Made by a program: the position numbers and the translations under genes | Notes under the pieces: generated by a model | Databases searched by the model: none | The model's input: only the letters and a program-made list of their open reading frames with translations | What the model was told of the DNA's origin: nothing | NCBI GenBank assembly: GCA_963667675.1 | Contig: OY763929.1 | Coordinates: 622,358 to 686,357 of the forward strand | Direction: 5' to 3' | DNA: 64,000 nucleotides | Source of the DNA: Dehalococcoidia bacterium | GTDB lineage: Bacteria; Chloroflexota; Dehalococcoidia; Lucifugimonadales; UBA3495 | Shown here: piece after piece, positions 27,259 to 34,773 of the stretch | How positions within the stretch are numbered: position 1 is the stretch's first letter | Layout of the letters: the number at the start of each line of letters is the position of its first letter

Positions 27259-30200
27259 ATGACAAACGTCAAAGACAAAAAGTACCGCCTCGGCCTCGAC
27301 TTGGGCACCAATTCCATCGGCTGGGCCGCGGTTAGCCTGGACGACAATGACGAACCCTGTGGCGTGCTGGGCATGGGCGTCCGCATCTTCCCCGACGGGC
27401 GCGATGCTCAAAGCAAGACCTCCAACGCCGTCGACCGCCGCATGGCCCGTGGCCAACGCCGCCGCCGCGACCGCTACCTCGAGCGGCGCCGCGACTTGAT
27501 GGATGCCTTGGTCGAGTTTGGCCTCATGCCCCAGGATGCGGAGCAACGTAAAGACTTGCAGACCCTCGATCCTTACGCGCTCCGGGCTAAGGCCCTTGAT
27601 GAACCCTTGGAACCCTCCGAATTGGCCCGCGCCCTGTTCCACTTGAACCAGCGGCGCGGCTTCAAGTCCAACCGAAAAGCAGACACTGACGAGGTCGAAG
27701 GAAGATCGCTCAGTGAGCGAATCGGCGAACTGCGCCGCCAAATGCAGGAAACCAGCGCTCGCACCTTGGGCGAGTTCCTGTATCGCCGCCGCGTAAATAG
27801 CGAGACGGTCCGCGCCCGTCCCGACCTCAGACTCTATCCCGACCGCGCCATGTATCTGGAAGAGTTCTGCAAAATCCGGGCTGCCCAAAAACCGCATCAG
27901 CCCCTGACGCCCGATCAGTGGGACAAGCTGAAAGAAATCATTTTCCACCAGCGTCCCCTCGAACCTGTGGACCCCGGCTGGTGCCAGTTCGAGTACGAAA
28001 ACGACGAAAAGCGGGCCGCGAAGGCTCTGCCGGTCTTCCAGGAGTTTCGCATCCTCCAGGAAGTCAATAACATCAGGGTGCGGGTTGGCTCCCAGCCGGA
28101 ACGTCGTCTCGATGAACGAGAACGAGGGGCGGTTCTGGCGAGGCTCCGTTCCGGCAAGGACATAGACTTCGGCAAGCTTACCGGAGACTTGAGGAAGCTG
28201 CTGGCGGAAGCTGACTTCAACCTGGCTCTGGGCGGACGAGAGAAGATAAAGGGAGATGAGACAACCGCCAGGCTCGCCTCATCCCCACAGCCGGCCAAGG
28301 GAGACAAGCCAGCTAAGCCCGGGTTGTTCGGCGATAAGTGGCTCAACCTCCCCATTGACCGGCGCAACGAAATCGTAAAGTTCCTCCTGAATACCGAGGA
28401 CCCGGACAAGGTCCGGGAAAAAGCAATTCAAGAATGGGGACTTAACACCGCCCAAGCCGACGCTGTTGCCCGCGTGTCTTTGGTGGCCGGCTACGGTAGC
28501 CTTAGTGAAAAGGCCATAAACAAGCTCCTGCCTCACCTGGAAGGCGGGATGCGGTATGACGAGGCCGTCAAAAAGGAGTACAAACACCATTCCGACTTCC
28601 GCAACGAAGAAGCCCACGACAGCCTGCCCTACTACGGCAAAGTCCTGCCCCGAGACGCCGTGGGCGCCAACTCCAAGAAAGCCCCGGAGATAGACGGCGA
28701 AGTAGCCCGCTATGGACGCTTCCCCAATCCCACAGTCCACATCGGCCTCAACCAACTCCGCCGCGTCGTCAACCGGCTTATTGAAGCCCACGGCAAGCCC
28801 CAGGACGTTGTTGTCGAGTTGACCCGCGACTTGAAGCTGAACCCGCAGCAGAAGCGAGACCTCCTCAAACAGCAACGAGAAGGCGGCCAGAGCAACATTC
28901 GTTTTACCGAAATGTTGCAGTCAATGGGACAGGACGTCACCCCCAACGTACTCCGCAAGCTTCGCCTTTGGGAGGAGCAGGGCCCGCCCCAGGCCAGAGT
29001 CTGCCCTTATACTGGCAGGCGACTTTCATGCGAGATGGTCGTGTCCGAGCAGACCGAAGTTGACCACATCCTGCCCTACTCTAGAACCCTGGACAATTCA
29101 CCGTCCAACATGGTGGTCTGCATCGCCGCCGCCAACCGCTTTAAGGGCGATCGCTCGCCCGATGAAGCCTTTAGCAGCAACCCGCAGAACTACAGCTACC
29201 AGGAAATCCTGGACCGCGTAGCCAAGTTCCCAGACAACAAGAAATGGCGCTTCCAGCCCGACGCCATGAAGCGGTTTGAAGAAGATGACCGGTTCCTGGA
29301 CCGCCAGCTAAACGAGACTAGCTACCTATCCCGCACCGCAAAGAACTACCTGGCCTACCTCTACGACGAGAAAGGCGAGGGCCGCACCCGCGTCCGCGCC
29401 GCGCCTGGCCGCATGACCGCCCTGCTCCGCCGCGGGTGGTGCTTGGAAGGGATGCTGCGGACGTCGCCCGAGGGAGAGATAACTCGCAAGCAGCGCGACG
29501 ACCACCGCCACCATGCCGTCGATGCCTTTGTCGTCGCTTGCACGACCCAGGGATTGCTCCAGAAGTTCGCCCGCGCCGCCGGAGCGTCACACAATTCCGA
29601 GGAAAGGCTGGCTGCTTTGGCCGGTGAAACCCCTCCCTGGGAAGGCTTTGACCGAAACAAGCTGAAGCCCTTCCTCGGTAAGATAGTCGTCTCCTACAAG
29701 CCCGACCACGGCACGCGCGGCGCAAAGACCAAGTCCACTACCGGCCAACTCCACAAAGAGACCGCCTACGGGTTGGTCGAATTCTCAGAGAACGGCCCGT
29801 CCAAGGTGGTTACTCGCAAGAAGCTGGACGCCGTCAAGAAGCGAAAGGACCTGGAGTCCGTGCGCGACTCTGTAATGCGGGATGCCCTGCTCAAGCTGTG
29901 GGATGACGTGGCAAGAGAAGGCGGGGAAGTGGGGAGTTTCTCAGACCGGGCCGCCAAAGAAGGTGTGCTGCTCGAAAAAGGCCGCCGTCAGACGGTGCGT
30001 CGGGTGCGTGTGCTCGATAAACAGACCGTCATACCCATCAAGCGCGGCAAGGGGCACCCTGAGGTCGGAAAACCCTACAAGGGCTACCTGCTAGGGGGCA
30101 ACGCCTGGGCCGACATGTGGCAGATGCCCGACAAGCAAAAAACCTGGAAGATGGTCGTAGTGCCAACTTTTCATGCCAATCAGCCGGGTTTTAAGCTGGA

Positions 30201-30495
30201 ACAGTTCCGCCCCCACGCCGATGCCAAGAAGCTCTTCAGAATTCAAATCGACGACATGGGAGCCCTGGGCGATGGAGCTGAGCGCCGTATTGTGCGCGTC
30301 AGGAAAATCACCAACGCAACATCTGGCGCATTCGTAGTATTGGATGAACACAATCAAGCTAATGTGGCAGACCGTGTAGGAAAAGACATGAAAGAAAATA
30401 GGTACTCTGCCCGGCAACTCAAGCAGTTGGGGTTCCGCAAAGTCGGCGTAGACGAAATCGGCCGCGTGCTGGACCCCGGCCCCCGCAACCCATGA
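27259..30495 (+). CDS. cas9: Cas9 endonuclease, type II-C-like (about 1078 aa)
   Basis: It has RuvC-I YRLGLDLGTNSIGWA, an Arg-rich bridge helix RMARGQRRRRDRYLERRR, RuvC-II VVVELTRD, HNH EVDHILPYSRTLDNSPSNMVVCIAAANRFKGDRSP, and RuvC-III DDHRHHAVDAFVVA. An alternative start is GTG 27250. Confidence 0.95.
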   Translation: MTNVKDKKYRLGLDLGTNSIGWAAVSLDDNDEPCGVLGMGVRIFPDGRDAQSKTSNAVDRRMARGQRRRRDRYLERRRDLMDALVEFGLMPQDAEQRKDLQTLDPYALRAKALDEPLEPSELARALFHLNQRRGFKSNRKADTDEVEGRSLSERIGELRRQMQETSARTLGEFLYRRRVNSETVRARPDLRLYPDRAMYLEEFCKIRAAQKPHQPLTPDQWDKLKEIIFHQRPLEPVDPGWCQFEYENDEKRAAKALPVFQEFRILQEVNNIRVRVGSQPERRLDERERGAVLARLRSGKDIDFGKLTGDLRKLLAEADFNLALGGREKIKGDETTARLASSPQPAKGDKPAKPGLFGDKWLNLPIDRRNEIVKFLLNTEDPDKVREKAIQEWGLNTAQADAVARVSLVAGYGSLSEKAINKLLPHLEGGMRYDEAVKKEYKHHSDFRNEEAHDSLPYYGKVLPRDAVGANSKKAPEIDGEVARYGRFPNPTVHIGLNQLRRVVNRLIEAHGKPQDVVVELTRDLKLNPQQKRDLLKQQREGGQSNIRFTEMLQSMGQDVTPNVLRKLRLWEEQGPPQARVCPYTGRRLSCEMVVSEQTEVDHILPYSRTLDNSPSNMVVCIAAANRFKGDRSPDEAFSSNPQNYSYQEILDRVAKFPDNKKWRFQPDAMKRFEEDDRFLDRQLNETSYLSRTAKNYLAYLYDEKGEGRTRVRAAPGRMTALLRRGWCLEGMLRTSPEGEITRKQRDDHRHHAVDAFVVACTTQGLLQKFARAAGASHNSEERLAALAGETPPWEGFDRNKLKPFLGKIVVSYKPDHGTRGAKTKSTTGQLHKETAYGLVEFSENGPSKVVTRKKLDAVKKRKDLESVRDSVMRDALLKLWDDVAREGGEVGSFSDRAAKEGVLLEKGRRQTVRRVRVLDKQTVIPIKRGKGHPEVGKPYKGYLLGGNAWADMWQMPDKQKTWKMVVVPTFHANQPGFKLEQFRPHADAKKLFRIQIDDMGALGDGAERRIVRVRKITNATSGAFVVLDEHNQANVADRVGKDMKENRYSARQLKQLGFRKVGVDEIGRVLDPGPRNP

Positions 30496-31403
30496 TTGGC
30501 CGCGTCATCGAAATAGCCGGCGAGGGCCGCCACCTCGCCCGCAGCCGTGGCCTGATGACCGTCTCCCAGGACGGCGCTGAGGTCGGGCGCGTGCCCTTGG
30601 ACGACATCGGCGTCCTCCTCTGCAACGCCCGCGGCCTCACCTACTCCAACGACCTGATGACCGAGCTTGCCCACCGCGGCGCCTCGGTGGTGATGTGCGG
30701 CGACAGGTTCCTCCCCGTGGCCTGGGTCTGGCCCTTGGAAGGCCACCACGTCCAGGCCCTGCGGATGCGCCGCCAGTTGGAGGCTGGTCTCCCCCTTCGC
30801 AAGCGCCTCTGGCAGGCCCTCGTAAAGGGAAAAATCACCCAGCAGTCCAACGTGTTGAAGCTGCTGGAAGTTTCCGGCGGCAGCCTTGATGCCCTGGCGC
30901 AGCGGGTCAAGTCCGGCGACCCCGGCAACGTGGAAGCCCAGGCCGCCAGGCTGTACTGGCCCATGCTCTTCGGCAGGAACTTCAGGCGGGAACGTTTCGG
31001 CCCCATGCCCAACCCCCTCCTCAACTACGGCTACACCGTCCTGCGCGCCTCCGCCGCCCGCGCCTTGGTCGCCTCCGGTCTCCACCCCTCCCTGGGCATC
31101 CACCACAGCAACCGTACCAACAGCTTATGCCTGGTGGACGACCTCATGGAGCCATTCCGCCCCTTTGTGGACTACGTCGTCTCCGTGCTGGTATCCAACC
31201 AGCGCGAGGAAATGACCATCGAGGTCAGGCGCGACCTCGCCTCGGTCCTGGTAATGGACCTCGCTACTGACCGTGGGACCACTCCCCTTCAGACCTGCCT
31301 GGAACGCGCCGCCCAGTCCCTGGCCCAGTCCTTCGAGACCGGCAAGCCGGAACTGGTTCTACCCGACCGGCTCATCTCCCGCGGCCTGCCTGCCATTGCC
31401 TAG
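30492..31403 (+). CDS. cas1: CRISPR-associated endonuclease Cas1 (type II)
   Basis: The 303-aa ORF has an ATGA overlap with the cas9 stop. It shows a Cas1 alpha-helical domain pattern (NPLLNYGYTVLR…GLHPSLGIHH…LVDDLMEPFRPFVD). Confidence 0.95.
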   Translation: MIGRVIEIAGEGRHLARSRGLMTVSQDGAEVGRVPLDDIGVLLCNARGLTYSNDLMTELAHRGASVVMCGDRFLPVAWVWPLEGHHVQALRMRRQLEAGLPLRKRLWQALVKGKITQQSNVLKLLEVSGGSLDALAQRVKSGDPGNVEAQAARLYWPMLFGRNFRRERFGPMPNPLLNYGYTVLRASAARALVASGLHPSLGIHHSNRTNSLCLVDDLMEPFRPFVDYVVSVLVSNQREEMTIEVRRDLASVLVMDLATDRGTTPLQTCLERAAQSLAQSFETGKPELVLPDRLISRGLPAIA

Positions 31404-31427
31404 CCGTCATCCCGGCCCTACTCTTTC

Positions 31428-31502
31428 GTCATTCCGGCCCCCGAGCCGGAATCCAGGGAATCCCCATGCCCAACCGTCTTTCCGGCGGAAGCCGGAATCC
31501 AG
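31428..31502. repeat. 75-bp double-hairpin repeat element, copy A (between cas1 and cas2)
   Basis: The sequence is gtcattCCGGCccccgaGCCGGaatccagggaatccccatgcccaaccgtctttCCGGCggaaGCCGGaatccag. It differs from copy B at 3 positions. Confidence 0.85.
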
Positions 31503-31603
31503 AAGCGTAATAAACCATCACCTCAATGAGCGCAAGGAAGTGTGTATATCCCCCCTTCGCAAAGCGCAAGGGGGCTAGGGGGATGCCCCGCCCCCACTTT
31601 CCA

Positions 31604-31678
31604 GTCATTCCGGCCCCCGAGCCGGAATCCAGGGAATCCCCATGCGTAACCGTCTTTCCGGCGGAAGCCGGAATCTAG
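31604..31678. repeat. 75-bp double-hairpin repeat element, copy B (between cas1 and cas2)
   Basis: This is a direct repeat of 31428-31502, offset by 176 bp, with the same two GC hairpins. Confidence 0.85.
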
Positions 31679-31786
31679 GAACTGGACCCCAGGTTGAAAG
31701 ACGCCCATGCACCCTCCCAAATTCATGCCCTTGAGAAATTGCCTAAATGTCTCCGTTCTGCCGGGCAGCGGCTGAGGCATTAGGCC

Positions 31787-32113
31787 GTGCTTTCCGGCTA
31801 CCGTCTCATGTGGATGATGGTCCTGTTCGACCTGCCGGTCCTCACCGATAAGGAGCGGCGGGCCGCCAATAAGTTCCGCAACTTCCTGATGGACCAGGGT
31901 TTCGACCGCTGCCAGTTGTCCGTCTACCTGCGCTTCTGCGCCGGCAAAGAGCAGGCCCAGGTCTATACCAAGCGGGTCCAGGGGGCATTGCCCGAATCAG
32001 GCGACGTCCAGATTATCTACTTCACCGACAAGCAGTACGAAAACATCGTCAGTTTCAGCGGGCCAAGGCGGCGACCGGCCAACAATAATCCGGAGCAATT
32101 CACCCTGTTTTGA
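31787..32113 (+). CDS. cas2: CRISPR-associated endoribonuclease Cas2
   Basis: The 108-aa ORF has a GTG start and an N-terminal beta-strand MWMMVLFDLPV with the conserved Asp. Its position just before the array supports the call. Confidence 0.9.
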   Translation: MLSGYRLMWMMVLFDLPVLTDKERRAANKFRNFLMDQGFDRCQLSVYLRFCAGKEQAQVYTKRVQGALPESGDVQIIYFTDKQYENIVSFSGPRRRPANNNPEQFTLF

Positions 32114-32140
32114 CGCCGCTGGGGACGGTTTTTCAAAGGG

Positions 32141-32181
32141 AAAAAGCTACCCGGCCAAACCTGTCGCCAAGCTGGGCCGGG
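32141..32181 (-). terminator. Candidate terminator for minus-strand CRISPR transcripts
   Basis: On the minus strand, CCCGGCC-(18 nt loop)-GGCCGGG is followed by UAGCUUUUU. It lies between the last transcribed repeat and cas2. There is no T-run on the plus strand. Confidence 0.4.
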
Positions 32182-32189
32182 CACCCTCT

Positions 32190-33603
32190 ATTATAGCCGA
32201 TGGGAGATCGGGGAGGAACCGCAACGATGTCCGACGGCATCCGGTAGTTGGGCTGATTATAGCCGATGGGAGATCGGGGAGGAACCGCAACGGACCGGGC
32301 TGCGCTGCCTAGCATTGCGGAATTATAGCCGATGGGAGATCGGGGAGGAACCGCAACAGCAGTTTCGGGGGTTAGCGTGGGCCGCAAATTATAGCCGATG
32401 GGAGATCGGGGAGGAACCGCAACCTCAGATAGTTTTGCTTGTTCGGGCCGTTCATTATAGCCGATGGGAGATCGGGGAGGAACCGCAACTCAGCTTTCTC
32501 ATGGTCGTGCCATCGGTTCATTATAGCCGATGGGAGATCGGGGAGGAACCGCAACGCGCCAAGTATTAGGGGAAATACGGGCATATTATAGCCGATGGGA
32601 GATCGGGGAGGAACCGCAACAGGTTACGGGATACGCTAGGCTTTTACTTTATTATAGCCGATGGGAGATCGGGGAGGAACCGCAACTAGGCTTACTCCGT
32701 CTCGATAGTTCTGATTATAGCCGATGGGAGATCGGGGAGGAACCGCAACCCATCGTGTGAGGCATGGTCCGCCAAGGCCATTATAGCCGATGGGAGATCG
32801 GGGAGGAACCGCAACCAAATCATCAGGCGCTTGTCCTTGGCCGCATTATAGCCGATGGGAGATCGGGGAGGAACCGCAACGGTCCTCATGTGGCACCCCG
32901 CGCCGGCCGGATTATAGCCGATGGGAGATCGGGGAGGAACCGCAACTTCACCGCGGTGGTAGCCGCACTGGGCGATATTATAGCCGATGGGAGATCGGGG
33001 AGGAACCGCAACCTCCTGTGTGACTTTAAGGATTGGCCAGCGATTATAGCCGATGGGAGATCGGGGAGGAACCGCAACTGGATTATGAGCCGGGGTTCAA
33101 GCTGGTCCATTATAGCCGATGGGAGATCGGGGAGGAACCGCAACGCTACAATCAGCGTCCCCACGGTTAGCGACATTATAGCCGATGGGAGATCGGGGAG
33201 GAACCGCAACTAAAGGTCGTGATGCCTGTGCTCCGGTCCATTATAGCCGATGGGAGATCGGGGAGGAACCGCAACTAGCTGGCCGGTCAAGGTCTCGACG
33301 GCCTGATTATAGCCGATGGGAGATCGGGGAGGAACCGCAACTAGCTGGCCGGTCAAGGTCTCGACGGCCTGATTATAGCCGATGGGAGATCGGGGAGGAA
33401 CCGCAACTAGCTGGCCGGTCAAGGTCTCGACGGCCTGATTATAGCCGATGGGAGATCGGGGAGGAACCGCAACACCGGAATGGTGATGAGCCTTACCCTG
33501 GCCATTATAGCCGATGGGAGATCGGGGAGGAACCGCAACGCATCGCGATGACTATGGTCCCTGCCTTATTATAGCCGATGGGAGATCGGGGAGGAACCGC
33601 AAC
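32190..33603 (-). CRISPR. CRISPR array with 22 identical 36-bp repeats and 21 spacers
   Basis: The repeat on the plus strand is ATTATAGCCGATGGGAGATCGGGGAGGAACCGCAAC. Its reverse complement is GTTGCGGTTCCTCCCCGATCTCCCATCGGCTATAAT. Sixteen spacers are 30 nt, three are 29 nt, one is 28 nt and one is 27 nt. The minus-strand call rests on the GTTG…TATAAT repeat form, the tracrRNA complementarity and the terminator at 32141-32181. Confidence 0.97.
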
Positions 33604-33696
33604 ACGGCCTGATGAAGACGCCAGCAGCAAGTAGAGAAGAAGCCCTGGGCGCTGAACGGAGGAGATTGCGTAAACCCCGCCGCAGGCCGGAGAAAT

Positions 33697-34035
33697 TCAA
33701 GACCCGTCGTGGGTCTGGTCGATGCGGACTATGTCGGCCTGAATCACCGCCATGGCCTGCATCATCCGTTGCAGCGTCTCATCCCGGCGCGCGCTGGAAT
33801 CTTGTAGTTGACGGACAGCCTCATCCGTTCCACGGACTGCTTCATCCGTTCGCTGGACCGCTTCATCCATTCGCCGGACCGCTTCATTCATTCGTCGTAC
33901 AGCCTCAATCATTCGCTCCACCGCTGCTCTCGTTCGCTTCTGGTCCTCATCTATCAGCGCAATCATGTCGGTGGCGTACCGGGTGAATTCTTCCAGGTTG
34001 CCGATCCGGTCTTCCATGCCAGCCTTGCCCTCCAC
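33697..34035 (-). CDS. Hypothetical coiled-coil protein with heptad (21-bp) tandem repeats
   Basis: The 112-aa ORF contains EAVRRM(N/D)-type heptads. They are encoded by five 21-bp tandem units at 33813-33917. No family was recognised. Confidence 0.45.
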   Translation of the reverse strand: MEGKAGMEDRIGNLEEFTRYATDMIALIDEDQKRTRAAVERMIEAVRRMNEAVRRMDEAVQRTDEAVRGTDEAVRQLQDSSARRDETLQRMMQAMAVIQADIVRIDQTHDGS

Positions 34036-34164
34036 TTCCGCGGTTCCCTTGGCGGTCGCGCCCTGCGGGTGTCAGAACAGCATTATAGCCCATGACCCGG
34101 CTGGGAAAAACACAACCATGTCACCCCGAACCATACCCCACTGCTCCCCCGACCTACCCCCACT

Positions 34165-34273
34165 GTCACCCCGAGCGCAGCCGAGGGGTCTAAAGCCCTT
34201 GCCCGCCGCGCATCTTTCCTCTCCGTCCGCCGCGTGCCTTCTCCACCCGTTCGCCCTGAGCGTGTCGAAGGGC
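34165..34273. repeat. REP-like palindromic element cluster (type A variant plus type B)
   Basis: It holds gtcACCCCGAGcgcagcCGAGGGGTctaaag at 34165-34195 and cgttcgccctgagcgtgtcgaagggc at 34248-34273. Confidence 0.65.
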
Positions 34274-34578
34274 AAACCCACACCCCGGAAAATGCCCCCA
34301 ATCCTGTCTATCCCATCAATCCCATGAATCCCAGTTCAGACCGCCACTGACATTTCCTCGTTGACGCACCCCAGGCCCAGGCCATAAGCTAGTATCATGT
34401 CGTTTGCACCTCAACCACCAACCCGCAAGGGCGTGCCTGCCGGCCCGCTGCCGGAATCATCCCTGTCCCTTCTATCGAGGGCCGAATACCCCGCGGCGAC
34501 ACCGGATTCGCCGGAAAGGCGAAATGGGACCCAGTGGGACGGAAGTAAAAATTTTAGCCATTAACGAGTCCAACCTGT

Positions 34579-34608
34579 AATGTCGCAAAATGTCCCAGAA
34601 TGTCCCAG
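34579..34608. repeat. Three tandem 10-bp units upstream of glnA
   Basis: The units are AATGTCGCAA, AATGTCCCAG and AATGTCCCAG. They lie about 170 bp upstream of the glnA ATG with helical-turn phasing. Confidence 0.3.
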
Positions 34609-34773
34609 CCGCAAGAAAACCCCTTGAACCGAGACACATTGCCGGCTCCCCAGGCCCCAAATGAGAGCGAATGAGGGGAACCATGCCGCCGCCGGCGTAG
34701 CCCTGAGGTTTCCTCTAAATTCGCTGGCGGGTACAATAGTGGCATCCTGGGCTTCCCCCAAGGAGGGTTCGCA

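Noticed and set aside
31273-31780. ORFs of 85-101 aa (31273-31578 plus strand, 31523-31780 minus strand) in the cas1-cas2 gap. They could be mistaken for a small cas-associated or anti-CRISPR gene.
   Set aside because: They are composed almost entirely of the REP-like hairpin repeats, with Pro/Gly/Arg-rich products and no ribosome-binding site. They are most likely non-coding.
32133-33574. Multiple 60-150-aa ORFs on both strands with reiterated peptides (YSRWEIGEEPQ, IIADGRSGRNRN, VAVPPRSPIGYN, RFLPDLPSAI).
   Set aside because: They are translations of the 36-bp CRISPR repeat in different frames and are not genes.
33604-33620. Directly after the last repeat, the 10-nt string ACGGCCTGAT matches the junction of the triplicated spacer with the following repeat (…ACGGCCTG|AT…).
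   Set aside because: A 10-nt match in GC-rich sequence can arise by chance, and there is no further similarity. It is noted only as a possible trace of the recombination that produced the triplication.
33612-33986. A plus-strand 124-aa ORF opposite the heptad-repeat ORF.
   Set aside because: Its product is a Pro/His/Phe-rich translation of the same 21-bp repeats with no start context. The minus-strand coiled-coil reading is more protein-like, though it is itself uncertain.
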